DNA of 64,000 nucleotides from a virus: IMG/VR virus record IMGVR_UViG_3300045988_130630; one strand, 5' to 3'. Shown piece by piece: positions 26,101 to 37,722 of this stretch (position 1 is its first letter; each line of letters starts with the position of its first letter). The notes under the pieces were generated by a model. It saw only the letters and a program-made list of their open reading frames with translations, ran no database searches and was not told where the DNA came from. The position numbers and the translations under genes were made by a program.

Positions 26101-29100
26101 ATGGAATCTTCTGGAGATTATAATAGAGGATTTGCTAATTTAGTTAACGAGATTTATTCTAAACATCCAGTAGAAGACTATAAAGATTCTTTTGATAATT
26201 ATAATTTATATGGAAATTTAGAAGATTATCGCACTTCGGTAAAAGGATTCCCCGTTTTAGCTTTCCATTATATGTCCAACGATGATAATACTTACTCTAA
26301 GGAAAATAGTAATAACTGTATTTTTATTGGCAAATATAATATGTTATTAGATAAAGGCTCAGATGAATGTTTTGGATTTAAGCCAAATAAAAAGATTTTA
26401 CAAAATCAAATTACGGGCAATCCTAAAGTAAGAGATATGGCAGAATGTTGGGAATTTTAGAACAATTCAAGAACTTTTTGCTCTTTCCGCGACCCTTGGA
26501 ATCGTTATAAATTATCATTTAGAAATCCTAATATGGTAATCCCTCCAGATGGAGATAATCCTGAATTAGTTAAAGGCGCTCCAAAAGTCGTTGATTCTTT
26601 TGAACCAAGATATAATCCAAATGATGATTTAATTGCTGATAATTTATTTAGTTTAAAAGAGTGGCTTGATCCAGATGGGACATAGACTAAGATTGTTGGG
26701 GAAGAATTAAAAAATGTAGCCCCAGATAGACTTACTAAAAAAGAAATAGTTGATGAAATTACTGGTATAAAATCTATTAAATGGATTATAAAGAACCCAG
26801 ACGGAGAAGAAATAGAATTTAATGTTGCTAATGATACAAGTAAACAAGAATTGCTCTTAGCTTTAATGTCTAACTGGGAAGACGCAGTTAGTTGGGTATG
26901 GAGTACTTGTTTAGATTGCGATATTGAATTTGACGATGGATAGAAATTAAAAATTCCATCTATGGGTATTTATACTAAAGTTGATGGATTAGCTGAAGCT
27001 ATATATGTTCCTAATGTCTATTATATTGAAGATGGAGTTAATGAAAATGGAAAAATTATTTATAAATTAGCTTCTGAAGAATATAACTCTGAAACAAGAT
27101 ATTATAAGTAGATTAATGAAAATAATAGTTTAAAGTATGTAAGTATAAAACTTACAAATAATTCAGATAAAGTATATAAAGCAAATATTTATTATCTTTT
27201 AACTGATAGTAAAAATGAAATTTATGTATTAAGTTCTGATAAATTTAATTCTTCTTTAGATTATTATTCTTTTAATAAAAATGAAGAAGGTATTGAGGAA
27301 AGATGGAAATTACCTAATCCAGTAACCTATGGCTCTATTACTTATACTAAAGATAGTAAAGAATACCGCCAAGCTAAATTTAAAAATGAATTAAGTAATT
27401 TCTTTGATATTGAATATTTAGCTTCTTACCTTTTAATGACAGAAATTTTTGAATGTTATGATTCTCGTGGAAAAAATGCAATGTTTGCTTCTTGGGGACC
27501 TCAAAAAGGCAATATTCAAAAATCTACTGGTAAACAACATTATGTTTGGTATCCTATCTTTTATGATATTGATACTCAATTAGGTATTAATAATACTGGT
27601 ATCCCATCCTTTGAATACTATATTGATGCTACTGAAGAAGGAAGTTTTTCAACTAATGATAGTGTTCTTTGGAATAATTTTTACACTTTCTTTAGAAGTA
27701 AGATGGTGGATAAATATAAGCAATTAATGGGAACTCAAAATAATTCTTATAGTCCAAATGATTCAAGAGTAAATAAAATTTTTACCAAAGGAGCAGGAAG
27801 CGGGGCTAAAAAAAGTGATATTGTAGATAAATGGTATCGTACTGATCCATCGGTATTTCTTGATAGCTATGCTGCTTTGGGAGATCGACCAATTATTGCT
27901 TTAAGTTTAGATGAAGAATTTAAGTATATTATTCCAACAAATTCTAAAGCTGAAAATATGCCAGTGTTTGGTCGCTTGACTGACGGAGGCTCATATGAGG
28001 TTGAAGATGATAAATATTTTTATGCTTTACAAGGAGATAGAAATCTTTATCGTGCGCAATTTTTAGCCAATCGTCTTAATTATATTGACTCTTGGTTAAC
28101 TGTTGGTACTTATGCCAGAAATGGTGGAGGAAGTTATATTAGAAGCCGTATTTCTGCAAATAATCCTAAAAATACATCTGATAAATGGATTGAAGGCACT
28201 AACACTTAGAATATGGATGGATTAATTACAAATTCTCAATATTGGAAAAATAATGTTGAATTTGAAGAAAAAAATCATATGTTTGATGGCGAATATTGGA
28301 TTAGTATGGAGCCCGCGCGCAATGCTTATGTTACTATTGGTACAGATGGAGAGAATTTTCCTTCAAAGAAATATAATGGTTTAGAACCAGTTAAATATGT
28401 AGCTCCTGATATTAAAAAAGGAATTATAAGTAGCGGTAATTATAAAGAACAATTATATTATATTTATGGAATGGATCAAATGAAATCTCTCGGTGATTTA
28501 AGTAAATTATATTTCCAAGAATTTGCTGCTGAAGGAAAAATGGAGCGTTTAACTGATTTGTTATTAGGGTATGACGGAAAAGATGAAAGTGGTAATGAAT
28601 ATTTTAATAATGATGTAAACGATTGGTCTTTCTCAAAAGGTGGAATGCCTTTACTTAAAGAAATGAATCTTTGCAATATTAACTTTAAAAAAGACCAAGG
28701 AGCATTAGATTTAACTAAGAGCGAAAAACTTGAAAACTTTAGAAATACTAAATCTAATATTCCAAGAGTTAATTTTGCTCCTGGAGTAGCTTTAAATACT
28801 TTATATTTAACCAATCGAACAAATTATTTAAGTTTAATAGAAGCTAATTTATTAACGAAATTAATAACTAATTATGTATATCCTGAAAAGAATTCAATTA
28901 CTGGAAAACTTGAAATTTTAGATGAAAATCGTGGTTTATATATTTAGGGCCTTACTGATGCTGAAGAAGGAAAAGAGAAAACTGAAATAAGAACTTTTGA
29001 TATTCGAGGTGGTAATTTAGGCTATAATAGTTATAAATTATTACGCAAATATGTTTCGGCTAGTAAAAATAGTAAATTAGATTTATCTAATTGTATTATT

Positions 29101-30918
29101 AATTTAAATAATATTTAGTGGAGCCCGTATAGACTTCTTACTGATACTAAAACAACTCTTGATCCAGAAAGAAAATCTTATTATAGAGATAATGGACATT
29201 TTTAGTTAATTGCTATTCCAAAAGATTAGGTTAATAAAATAACAAAATCTGATATTAAAAATAATTAGATTTATTATTTAGATACAATAAATGGAGATAA
29301 TGATAACCATAGCGTAATAATTGATTACAATTTATTAATTGATGTTTATAATAATTATAGAGGTCTTAATACGAATAAACCTGAAATATCTGGCGTTGTG
29401 TATATAAAAAATAATAATTAGATTGATGAATCTATTATTTAGAGTGAGTTATAGAATAAATATCCTGATTTAATAATTTTTGTAGAAAATGTTAAGCAAG
29501 AATGTTCTGCTAAGTTTATTTTAGAAAAAGAAGATATTGATGGAGTATTAATTTAGGAAGTTTTAAAAATTTAGAAATTATCCTCATCCAGCGATAAATT
29601 CTTTGATGATCCAACAAATTCTTCTAGCGAAACTTATATTTCTTTTGGTAGCTTACAAGAAAAAATGCCAACTTATGATTTTAAAGGTTGGGAAGACGAT
29701 ACAGGAGAATTAGTAATTACTGTTGGAAAAAATGTAAATGAAGAAGATGTTGTTTTAAAAAATACTTGGAATTCTTTGTCTTTACAACCTGATAAAATAG
29801 ATTATATTTTCAAAGCAAGATTTGAACGTAAATCTTACACAATTACTTTCGTTAATGGCGACCGCGTTATTAATGATTCAACTGTAAAGAAAGTATTTAA
29901 TTATGGTGAAAGAATTACTGTTCCAGAAGAATTCTATTATTTTAATAATACAGAAGTATCTGATTTACCAGAAGGCGAAGATCCATTAGAATGGACTTGG
30001 AGATAGACGGGATGGGCAGATAAAGATGGAGTTAAAATTGATTTAACTAAACAATTAGCTTATGCCGACCGTGAATTCTACGCTATTGGAGAACCAATTA
30101 GCGTTTATAATAATATTTTAATTAATGATTCTACTCATAAATATTATGATATTATAAATTCTGATGGAGAGTTATCATTTGCAATGACTGACTTAGCTAA
30201 AAATTTAAAAGGCAAAATTACTTTGCCTACAACTTATAATGGTTAGCCAATTACAAGAATTAAATATAGCCAAGTTAACCCATCAGCAGCAGTTGGTATT
30301 CAAGTAAATCCTAATATTACTGCAATATTTTTTGCTCCAAAAGATAGCAATAAAATTTCTGTAATAGATGATTATGCTTTTATTTTAGATAGTGGGCTAG
30401 AATATTTCCAATTTAGTGATTGTTTAAAGAAAATTGGTACTAAAGCATTTTATCAATGTCCTTTAAGTCGTAATAACATAATTCCTTATTCTTCTTCTAC
30501 TGAAGGTTTGACTTTTGGAGCTCAAGCATTTTATCAAAGTAAGATGGGTTCTTATTCTCCTTATAATTTAATTATAGAGGGATGCAAAGATGGTATTCTT
30601 AATTTTGATATAAATGCATTTTCTGGTCAGACAATTTTAAATATGTCTGGTAATTAGTTTAAAGGTTATACCGGCGCTATCCAAGTATAGATTGGTACTA
30701 ATAAACATCCAATTAAGCAAATTACAGCAGATAACTCTGGTAATATTTTTACTCCTCGTCAAACTGGTATGCCTACTGTTGCTAATGGATACACAGGTCG
30801 TTTTAGATATTATTATGTGGCTAGTTATGGTGAAAGTATTAAAAATACTTTACATAATATTTATGAAGCAATGATATCCAATAGAGCGAATTTTGAAGAA
30901 GAGCCTATTGTAAAGTGA
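23173..30918 (+). CDS. giant tail-associated structural protein (about 2581 aa) with C-terminal BspA-type leucine-rich repeats
   Basis: ATG 23173 behind AAGGAG. A single frame links track ORFs 23254-23907, 24022-25155, 25219-25674, 26050-26460, 27436-28209, 28213-28947 and 29665-30006. The 26461-27435 gap was checked codon by codon and contains only TAG. The C-terminus has repeats of the IG..AF..C..L..I type. TGA stop at 30916-30918. Confidence 0.6.
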
Positions 30919-30927
30919 GGATAAATT

Positions 30928-31128
30928 ATGGAAAAAGAAATTGTTTATAGATATATGGGTTCTAACGGTATTATTGAATCTTCTATATAGTTGACAGGAA
31001 TTCCTGCGACTACTTTGTATAGATTAATAGCAGATTACAATAAGAAATTAACGAGAGATGGAAAAGAATTTTTTTCTATCTCTCCTTTAGTCCCTGAAAG
31101 TGAATTAAAAGAATGGTATGAGGTTTAA
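30928..31128 (+). CDS. small hypothetical protein (66 aa)
   Basis: ATG behind GTGAGGATAAATT. One TAG; TAA stop. Confidence 0.35.
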
Positions 31129-31164
31129 ATAGGCCAGAATACATTGATTTAAATATAAAAAAAA

Positions 31165-31207
31165 TTAGGTTAAATAGGAAAAGAAACTATTTAACCTAAT
31201 TTTTTTA
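31165..31207 (+). terminator. rho-independent terminator
   Basis: 13-bp stem TTAGGTTAAATAG / CTATTTAACCTAA followed by TTTTTTTT. Confidence 0.45.
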
Positions 31208-31224
31208 GAAAGGAAGAGATAGAT

Positions 31225-32901
31225 TTGATAGTTAAAAATGATAGTGTTATCGAACAAGCTAAATGGGAAGAACTTCAAAAGAAAATCAATACTTTAGCTA
31301 AAGATAATAAAATAAAAAACGTTAATGGAAAAATCGTTGAAATAAAATCTATTGAAGACTATTATAGTAATATCACTGGTATCGTTCAAATGAAGAAGTT
31401 AGATCCATCTGTTCTTCGCATACCTTTAGATGAACCTATTATAAATATAAATGCTGATACTCGTCAAATTGAATTAACTAAAGAATTTGGAAAAACTCAA
31501 TTGCTTACTGTTGAAAATGATCATTTGGCAGAAACAATTTATTTTCAAATTGATAGATATTTTGATTTACAAGATTTAGCAGCTGATGATATTAAAATTT
31601 ATATTTAGTATTATTTAAACGATCAAATTCAAGGTTATTCTGAAGCTATTTGCCCTGATATTGGCACTGCTGGAAAATTAATTTTTGGTTGGCAAATTAG
31701 TGATGAAGTAACTAGTGAATCTGGTACTTTATAGTTTTCTATTATTTTCTTCAAAAAGAATCCAAAAGATAATAATAATTTAATGTATGTGTTTAATACA
31801 TTACCAGCGCAAATGGTTATCAATAAAACTTTAGACATTGATGAAGATTTAGTTACTGCGCAACCTGTTGATTATTTAACTGGGTATTTAGAAAGTTTAA
31901 TCGATTCAAAGAAATCCGCAGGTTTTGGAGTTCCTGATAATGTGGCTTTCTTGACAAGCATTTTGAATAACAAATCAGTTTATTTAACTGGTGATAAATT
32001 ATATGCTTTAGCTTATAATGATACTTTAAATAATCCAGATAATACTACTATTGAGTATAAATGGATTTGTAATTATAGAGGAACTAATACTGAATTAAAA
32101 AATGGTATTGGTTATGAATACAAAAAAATTGTTGATGATAATAGTATCTTTAGTGGAGATATGGCTTATAATGAAAAATTGACCTATTTTACTAAAAATG
32201 GAGATATTTATATTAATAGTAGTAGCGATATTAATCTTGAAAATTATGTTGCTAAAAAGAATGACCTTTATTTAAAAGTTCAATATTGTGAAGTTGATGG
32301 ATGCGGAAGTTATAGTGTGACAGCATTTGGCGCAACCGCGAATCAAGTAAGTAAAGAAGTTAAATGGGCTGGATTAGCTATTTCTGTTGAAGGTATTAGC
32401 GAAGATTTTAAAATTATTCTTGATCCCTCTCCTGATAATGGATGTTATTATGGCTCTTCTAATACAATTACTGCTATTGGACAGAATGATGAGGGAGTTC
32501 AATGTACTTATCTTTGGACAAAGAATGGGTCTGAATTTAGTAATGAAAAAACTGTAACTTTAACTCAAGAAGATAATTACACTTTAACAGTTCATGGGTA
32601 TAAAAATAAAGATAATATAGATTATGGTCCAATTAATTTTACCAATTATTTTGATCCTATTAATTTAGTACCTACTGGTGAAGTAAAAACTGAAAATGGA
32701 AAATATATTGTTAATATCACTAATACTAGTGAGTTGGGAAATGGAATTTATGAATATTAGTGGAAAAATGCTGAAGGTGTTACTCAAATAACTACTTCTG
32801 GAACTAATAACGCAATAGAAATAAATGAAAATATTACTCAAGTGGCTGTCATTATTAAAAAAGGTGAAAGAAATTCAAAGCCAGGAGTACTTACGATATA
32901 A
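31225..32901 (+). CDS. structural protein (about 558 aa); long member of a paralogous pair
   Basis: TTG start. Joins track ORFs 31225-31608 and 31783-32760 through TAG; TAA stop. Shares the motifs DH(L/A)AE(T/I)IYF(Q/E)IDRYFD and Y(V/N)FNTLPA with the next gene. Confidence 0.5.
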
Positions 32902-32913
32902 GAGGTAAGATAA

Positions 32914-33534
32914 ATGATAACTAATCCAACTGATTATTATAGCGTTTTACATCAAATACAAGATGAAAATTTTCCAGTAAAATATCCAGCTCTTCCTGCT
33001 CCAGAAGATGAAAAATTAGTTTAGGTAAATTTAAATTCAAGGACTATTAGTAATAAAAATAATTATATTACAGTTGAAGGTGATCATGCTGCTGAAATTA
33101 TTTATTTTGAAATAGATAGATATTTTGACACTATGGATTTAACTAATATGATGTGTATTATTTAGTATATTAATGCTGATAATGAAAAGCGCATTTATCC
33201 AGTTCCATATTATGACACTTTAACTCATAAAGATAAAATTATTTTTCCTTGGGTTTTAAATTATAGTGCTACTAAAAAATCTGGTAATTTAAATTATATG
33301 ATAACTTTTTACAAAATAGAAAAAGATTCTAATAACTTATTATATAATTTAAATACATTACCAGCAAGTCTTCAGGTTTATTCTAAACTTAATTTAGATT
33401 CTATCGTAAAAGAAGAAGATTATTATGTAATTGATGATAGCCAAGTAGTTCAACAAATTTGGGAGCGTTTAGCTCGTTTAGAAGGATTTGTTGGTGGTAA
33501 TGGGTTGGATGTTTATTGGATTGTTCTTGAATAA
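32914..33534 (+). CDS. structural protein (206 aa); short paralog of the preceding gene
   Basis: ATG behind AGAGGTAAGATAA. Two in-frame TAG; TAA stop. Homologous to the N-terminal third of 31225-32901. Confidence 0.5.
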
Positions 33535-33542
33535 ATAAACTA

Positions 33543-33585
33543 AATGGTATAGAATTATTAATTTAATTCTATACCATTAATTTAT
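33543..33585 (+). terminator. stem-loop, likely terminator
   Basis: 14-bp stem AATGGTATAGAATT / AATTCTATACCATT; only a weak T-tract follows. Confidence 0.4.
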
Positions 33586-33607
33586 AGAAAGGAGTTATTG
33601 AAGATCG

Positions 33608-34636
33608 ATGGCTCTATTTAAAATTTTAAAAGGAGACTCAAATAATTTAGTTTCCTATGACAATGCTGAAGTAATTAACGGTAAAGTTCCTTTTCCTGCT
33701 TTAGATTCAGGAAAAACTTTATTTACAACAGTAGATAGTACTCCTATTACAGAAGGATATGCTTATTTCACAGAAGATACTCATAAATTTTATATTGATA
33801 CTAAAGACAAAAGATTAAATTTATATACTGATCACGCAGATTATGCTACTTATGATGAAAATGGACGTAATTTAGCGGAATTATCAGAAGTATCTTATGA
33901 AAATATTGATGATGCGGGAAGTAAAATTGGTACAATAAATATTAATGGAATTAATTATTCTGTTACTTGTCCTGCCGATATAGTAAGTAAACCTATAAAT
34001 AAATATGTATTTACGGCAAAAGCAAATTAGAATACATTTACTATTCCTTTTGATTTTGATGATAGTAGTGCTTTAACTTTATATTATAATGGCATTATGT
34101 TAAAAGAAACAGATCATTATACTATTAAAGGAAAAGTTATTACTTTAAATGGATGGACTAGTGAAGCTGATGATTATCTCGCGGTTATGGGCATCGAAGG
34201 AGCTGCCGCGATTAATGTAGATGAAAAAGTTGCTTAGATTTAGGAAGCAATAGACAATGCTGAGGTAACTATTAATAATAAAGTAAGTAATGCTATTAAA
34301 CAAATTGACGATAAATTAGCAACTGTTCCTGACGATGTAACACAAGCAGTATATAAAAATAAATCCAATATAATGACTGCTGATGGTAGAATTACGATGG
34401 ACAGTAGTTATGTTCCTACGGCTGATATGGAATTAGCTACTAAAAAATATGTTGATAATGCTACTCCCCCTACGGTTGGAACTACTACTGATTATTCTAT
34501 TTATATTGGATCTACACAACCTGCTTCTGGGACCGCTCCTTTAGTATGGATAGATACAACTGCTAAAACTGGCACTTTTAAATATAGAACTTCTACCACA
34601 GGTACTTGGACCCCTGTTCCCGTGGCTTGGATTTAA
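33608..34636 (+). CDS. tail fiber-like protein (342 aa)
   Basis: ATG behind AAAGGAG. Joins track ORFs 33608-34030 and 34373-34636 through 3 TAG; TAA stop. N-terminus MALFKILKGDSNNL is typical of Firmicutes phage fiber proteins (from memory). Confidence 0.45.
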
Positions 34637-34670
34637 TATAAATTTATTGTAAGAAAAAGGAGATAATATT

Positions 34671-35081
34671 ATGGATCAAAATTTGATTAATCAATTATTC
34701 CAAGTATGTTTGATTCCTATGCTTGGTGCTTTAACTACTTTTATAGTTATTTGGATTAAAGCAAAAAGTGCGGAATTACAAAAGAAAACTAATAATGATA
34801 TTTTAAATAAATATGTGCAAATGGCTACTGACACAATTACTAACTGTGTTATTGCCACTAATCAAACTTATGTAAATTCTCTTAAAGAACAAGGTAAGTT
34901 TGATGAAGCTGCTCAAAAAGAAGCATTTTAGAGAACTTACCAAGCAGTATTGCTTATTTTAAGTGATGATGCTAAAGAGTATTTAAATAATGCTTTTGGT
35001 GATTTGAATAAATATTTACAAGAGAAGATTGAATCTACAGTAAATAATTATCGTACTCCAAGCAATGATTTAAAGCAATAA
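34671..35081 (+). CDS. holin-like small membrane protein (136 aa): N-terminal TM helix plus charged coiled tail
   Basis: ATG behind AAAAAGGAG. One in-frame TAG. Hydrophobic segment LIPMLGALTTFIVIWI. Last gene of the late arm. Confidence 0.4.
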
Positions 35082-35085
35082 AAAT

Positions 35086-35127
35086 AAGGGAGACATTCTT
35101 AACTGAATGTCTCCCTTATTTTTTTTT
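35086..35127. terminator. bidirectional intrinsic terminator at the convergence of the late (+) arm and the LytTR gene (-)
   Basis: 13-bp stem AAGGGAGACATTC / GAATGTCTCCCTT. Flanked by a T-run on the + side and an A-run (U on the - transcript) on the other side. Confidence 0.55.
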
Positions 35128-35842
35128 ATCTAAATGGATTTTTCCATCGTCGATTAATTTCTTCATAGCCTTTTTTAGGAAAGTATAAAACTTCACCATT
35201 TTTAAAAGTTAAATTATCTTTATTCATTATTTTAATTTGATTTAAATTAATAATTAAACTTGGTGGGATAAAGACAAAATCTGGATGATAAACTAAAGTT
35301 CCTATATAATTTTCAAAAGAAGTTTTTAAAGTTTTACTATTTAGAATTTCATTCTCTAAATGACAGCACAAATTTCGTTTTTGAATATCAGCGTATAATA
35401 CTTTATTTAAATCAATTTTTACTTCTCCATTAGGAGTATCTAAATATTTATATTCACGTCTTTTTTCTTCTCTAACTTCATGTAAAATAGAAAAAATTTT
35501 TTCTTTATTAACAGGCTTTTTGACAAAATTAAATGCCTTTACTTCATAAGAAGCTACTCCATAATTTATTTGAGAGGAAACAAAAATTATTTTTCCAATA
35601 TATCCATTTATCCTTAAAAGATGGGCTATTTCAATACCATCCATTTTTTTAAATGTAATTCCTAAAAAAATTGCATCATAATCAATATTAGAGTTAATTA
35701 ATTTTTCAGGATCAGTAAATTTATATACATATCCTGGTAAATTAAAATCTTTAAAATACTGATTTATTATTTCTTCCAATGAGTCATTTTGCTAATCGCT
35801 ATTGTCGCAAACACCTACGATAAAAATTTTAATCACCTTCAT
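35126..35842 (-). CDS. LytTR-family response-regulator-like protein (atypical receiver domain plus LytTR DNA-binding domain, 238 aa)
   Basis: The C-terminal half matches the LytTR pattern (YADIQKRNLCCHLENEI...FIPPSLIINLNQI...FKNGEVLYFPKKGYEEI). The N-terminus is receiver-like (KIFIVG...DAIFLGI..MDGIEIAHLL). ATG 35842, one in-frame TAG (35792-35794); the track ORF began at internal TTG 35779. No adjacent histidine kinase. Confidence 0.6.
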
Positions 35843-35935
35843 TTTGTTTATTTTAGAAAAAATTTTTCTATCTTTATATTCTTTCTATATTATAATTATA
35901 CAAAAATTTTTAAATATTGTAAAATAAAAAATTAT

Positions 35936-35991
35936 AAAGTGTCAAATTTATTTAATTTTAAGTAAGTGAAATTTTTATTCAAAAAGTGTCA
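35936..35991. promoter_or_regulatory. two direct repeats AAAGTGTCA (35936-35944 and 35983-35991) in the divergent intergenic region; candidate regulator binding sites
   Basis: Exact 9-mer repeated 47 bp apart. The second copy abuts a TATAAT at 35997-36002 upstream of the island cassette. Confidence 0.3.
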
Positions 35992-36026
35992 GTAATTATA
36001 ATATATTTACACAAAATAAAAGTCAT

Positions 36027-36065
36027 ATAATAATGAAAGGAAAAGATAAAACCTTTCATTATTAT
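36027..36065 (+). promoter_or_regulatory. 14-bp perfect inverted repeat (ATAATAATGAAAGG / CCTTTCATTATTAT) in the 5' leader of the first island gene
   Basis: Seen directly. 11-nt loop. Ends 9 nt before the GGAGG RBS. No T-tract, so more likely an operator or leader structure than a terminator. Confidence 0.3.
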
Positions 36066-36085
36066 ATTTCTCCGGAGGTAATAAC

Positions 36086-36532
36086 ATGAATACTTATGGT
36101 TATCCATAGCAGTAGTATCCAATAGGTAATAATAGACCTATTTATGGAACAACTGCTACACCTGTGATTCAAAACAATACTGCATAGCGAATTAGACCTG
36201 TTGCTTCTTTAGAAGAGGTTCGAGCTATGAATATAGATTTTGATGGTTCAGTTTTTTATTTTCCTGACTATGCTAATCGTAGAATTTATACAAAACAAAT
36301 AAATATGGATGGAACAGCTTCTATTAATATGTATGAATTAAAGGAAATCCCGAATTCTTCTTAGCCTAATAATGATTATATAACACGAGAGGAATTTAAT
36401 ACTACCTTAACTTCTATTAAAGAAGTTTTTGCATAGATCATGGGATCCAATAACGCGGTTGCGCCGTCCCAAGGGGCGGATTAGCCAGCTCAATAGCAAC
36501 CAGCAGAGAGCAAACCGCAGTTTAATTTTTAA
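36086..36532 (+). CDS. Q/P-rich hypothetical protein (148 aa)
   Basis: ATG behind TCCGGAGG. Seven in-frame TAG. With TAG read as Gln the protein shows YGYPQQQYP and QGADQPAQQQPAESKPQ low-complexity runs. TAA stop. Confidence 0.55.
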
Positions 36533-36544
36533 GGAGAGTTTCAA

Positions 36545-36793
36545 ATGACACAATCAATGAATCCAATGCAAATTATTGCTATGATTAAAAACGGCCAAAA
36601 TCCATAGCAATTAGTTTTATCTATGCTTGAAAGTCAAATGGGCGGAACGCCAATGGGCAATAATTTATTGCAAATGGCACGGAACGGTCAATCCGATGAC
36701 ATTGAAAAATTTGCTCGTAATTTGTTTGAATCAAGAGGTTTGAATTTTGATAAAGAATTTAATAGTTTTAAGTCCCAAATGGGGTTTAAATAA
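36545..36793 (+). CDS. small hypothetical protein (82 aa)
   Basis: ATG behind AAGGAGAG. One TAG (NGQNP-TAG-QLV). TAA stop. Confidence 0.5.
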
Positions 36794-36819
36794 ATAAAAT
36801 TATAGAAAGAGGTTTTGTT

Positions 36820-37701
36820 ATGTTTAATTACAATTATCCAATGAGCACGCCGAATTATTCATTATCTGATATTGCTGCGGCTTCTGGAAATGGCTATCGT
36901 AATAATGATGGCGGAATGTGGGGAGACGGAGCATGGTGGATTATTATCCTGTTCTTATTCTGCTTCAATGGCTGGGGCGGTAATGGCTGGGGTAATAATG
37001 GTGCTAATGGGTCTGGCTTCCAAGGCACTACAACTCGAGAAGAAATCGGTTATGGTTTTAACATGAGCGATCTTAAATCTGGCGTTAATGGTTTAGCTTC
37101 TAGCCTTTGTAATGGTTTTAGTGGAGTAAACACTAATCTTTTAAGTGGTTTTGCTAATCTTGCTGAAACTAATAATGCTAATACTCGCACTTTACAGAGT
37201 GATATTTGTAATATGGGTATGAATAATATGCAAAATACCTTTAGTATCACTCAGGCTATTAATGCTGATACGGTAGCAAGTATGCAAAATACTAATAATT
37301 TAACTCAGCAATTAAATAATATGGCAGCTACTAATGCTCAATGTTGCTGCGAGAATAAACAGTTAATTCAATCCAGTTTTGCTGATCTTAATTATAATCT
37401 TGCTAGTATTGCTTGCCAGAATCGTCAGGCTACCGTTGATGGCGTCCGTGATATTATTGACAACAATAATGCTAATATGCGCTCTATTCTTGACTTCCTT
37501 GTTCAAGATAAAATTGATACTCTTACCAGTGAAAATAGCACTCTTAAAAATTAGATTTCTCAAAATCTTCAAAACGCTTATCTTATTGATCAGTTGTCTC
37601 CAAAAGCAACTCCTGCTTATATCGTTGCTAATCCTTATACTGGTGTTAGCTATACTAGTTATGGATGCGGATATGGTTCAGGATGCGGTTGCAATTCCTG
37701 A
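36820..37701 (+). CDS. N/Q-rich, Cys-rich membrane-anchored protein (293 aa)
   Basis: Track ORF 36820-37554 continues through TAG to TGA at 37699-37701. TM segment AWWIIILFLFCF flanked by GWGGNGWGNNGANG. CCC motif and C-terminal GCGYGSGCGCNS. Confidence 0.55.
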
Positions 37702-37722
37702 TTGAAGAAAGAAGGTTAAATT

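Noticed and set aside
37050-37705. Several Leu/Ile-rich ORFs on both strands (37050-37250, 37363-37572, 37379-37705)
   Set aside because: Off-frame or antisense shadows of the N/Q-rich gene 36820-37701. Hydrophobic low-complexity translations typical of alternative frames of AAT/CAA-rich DNA.
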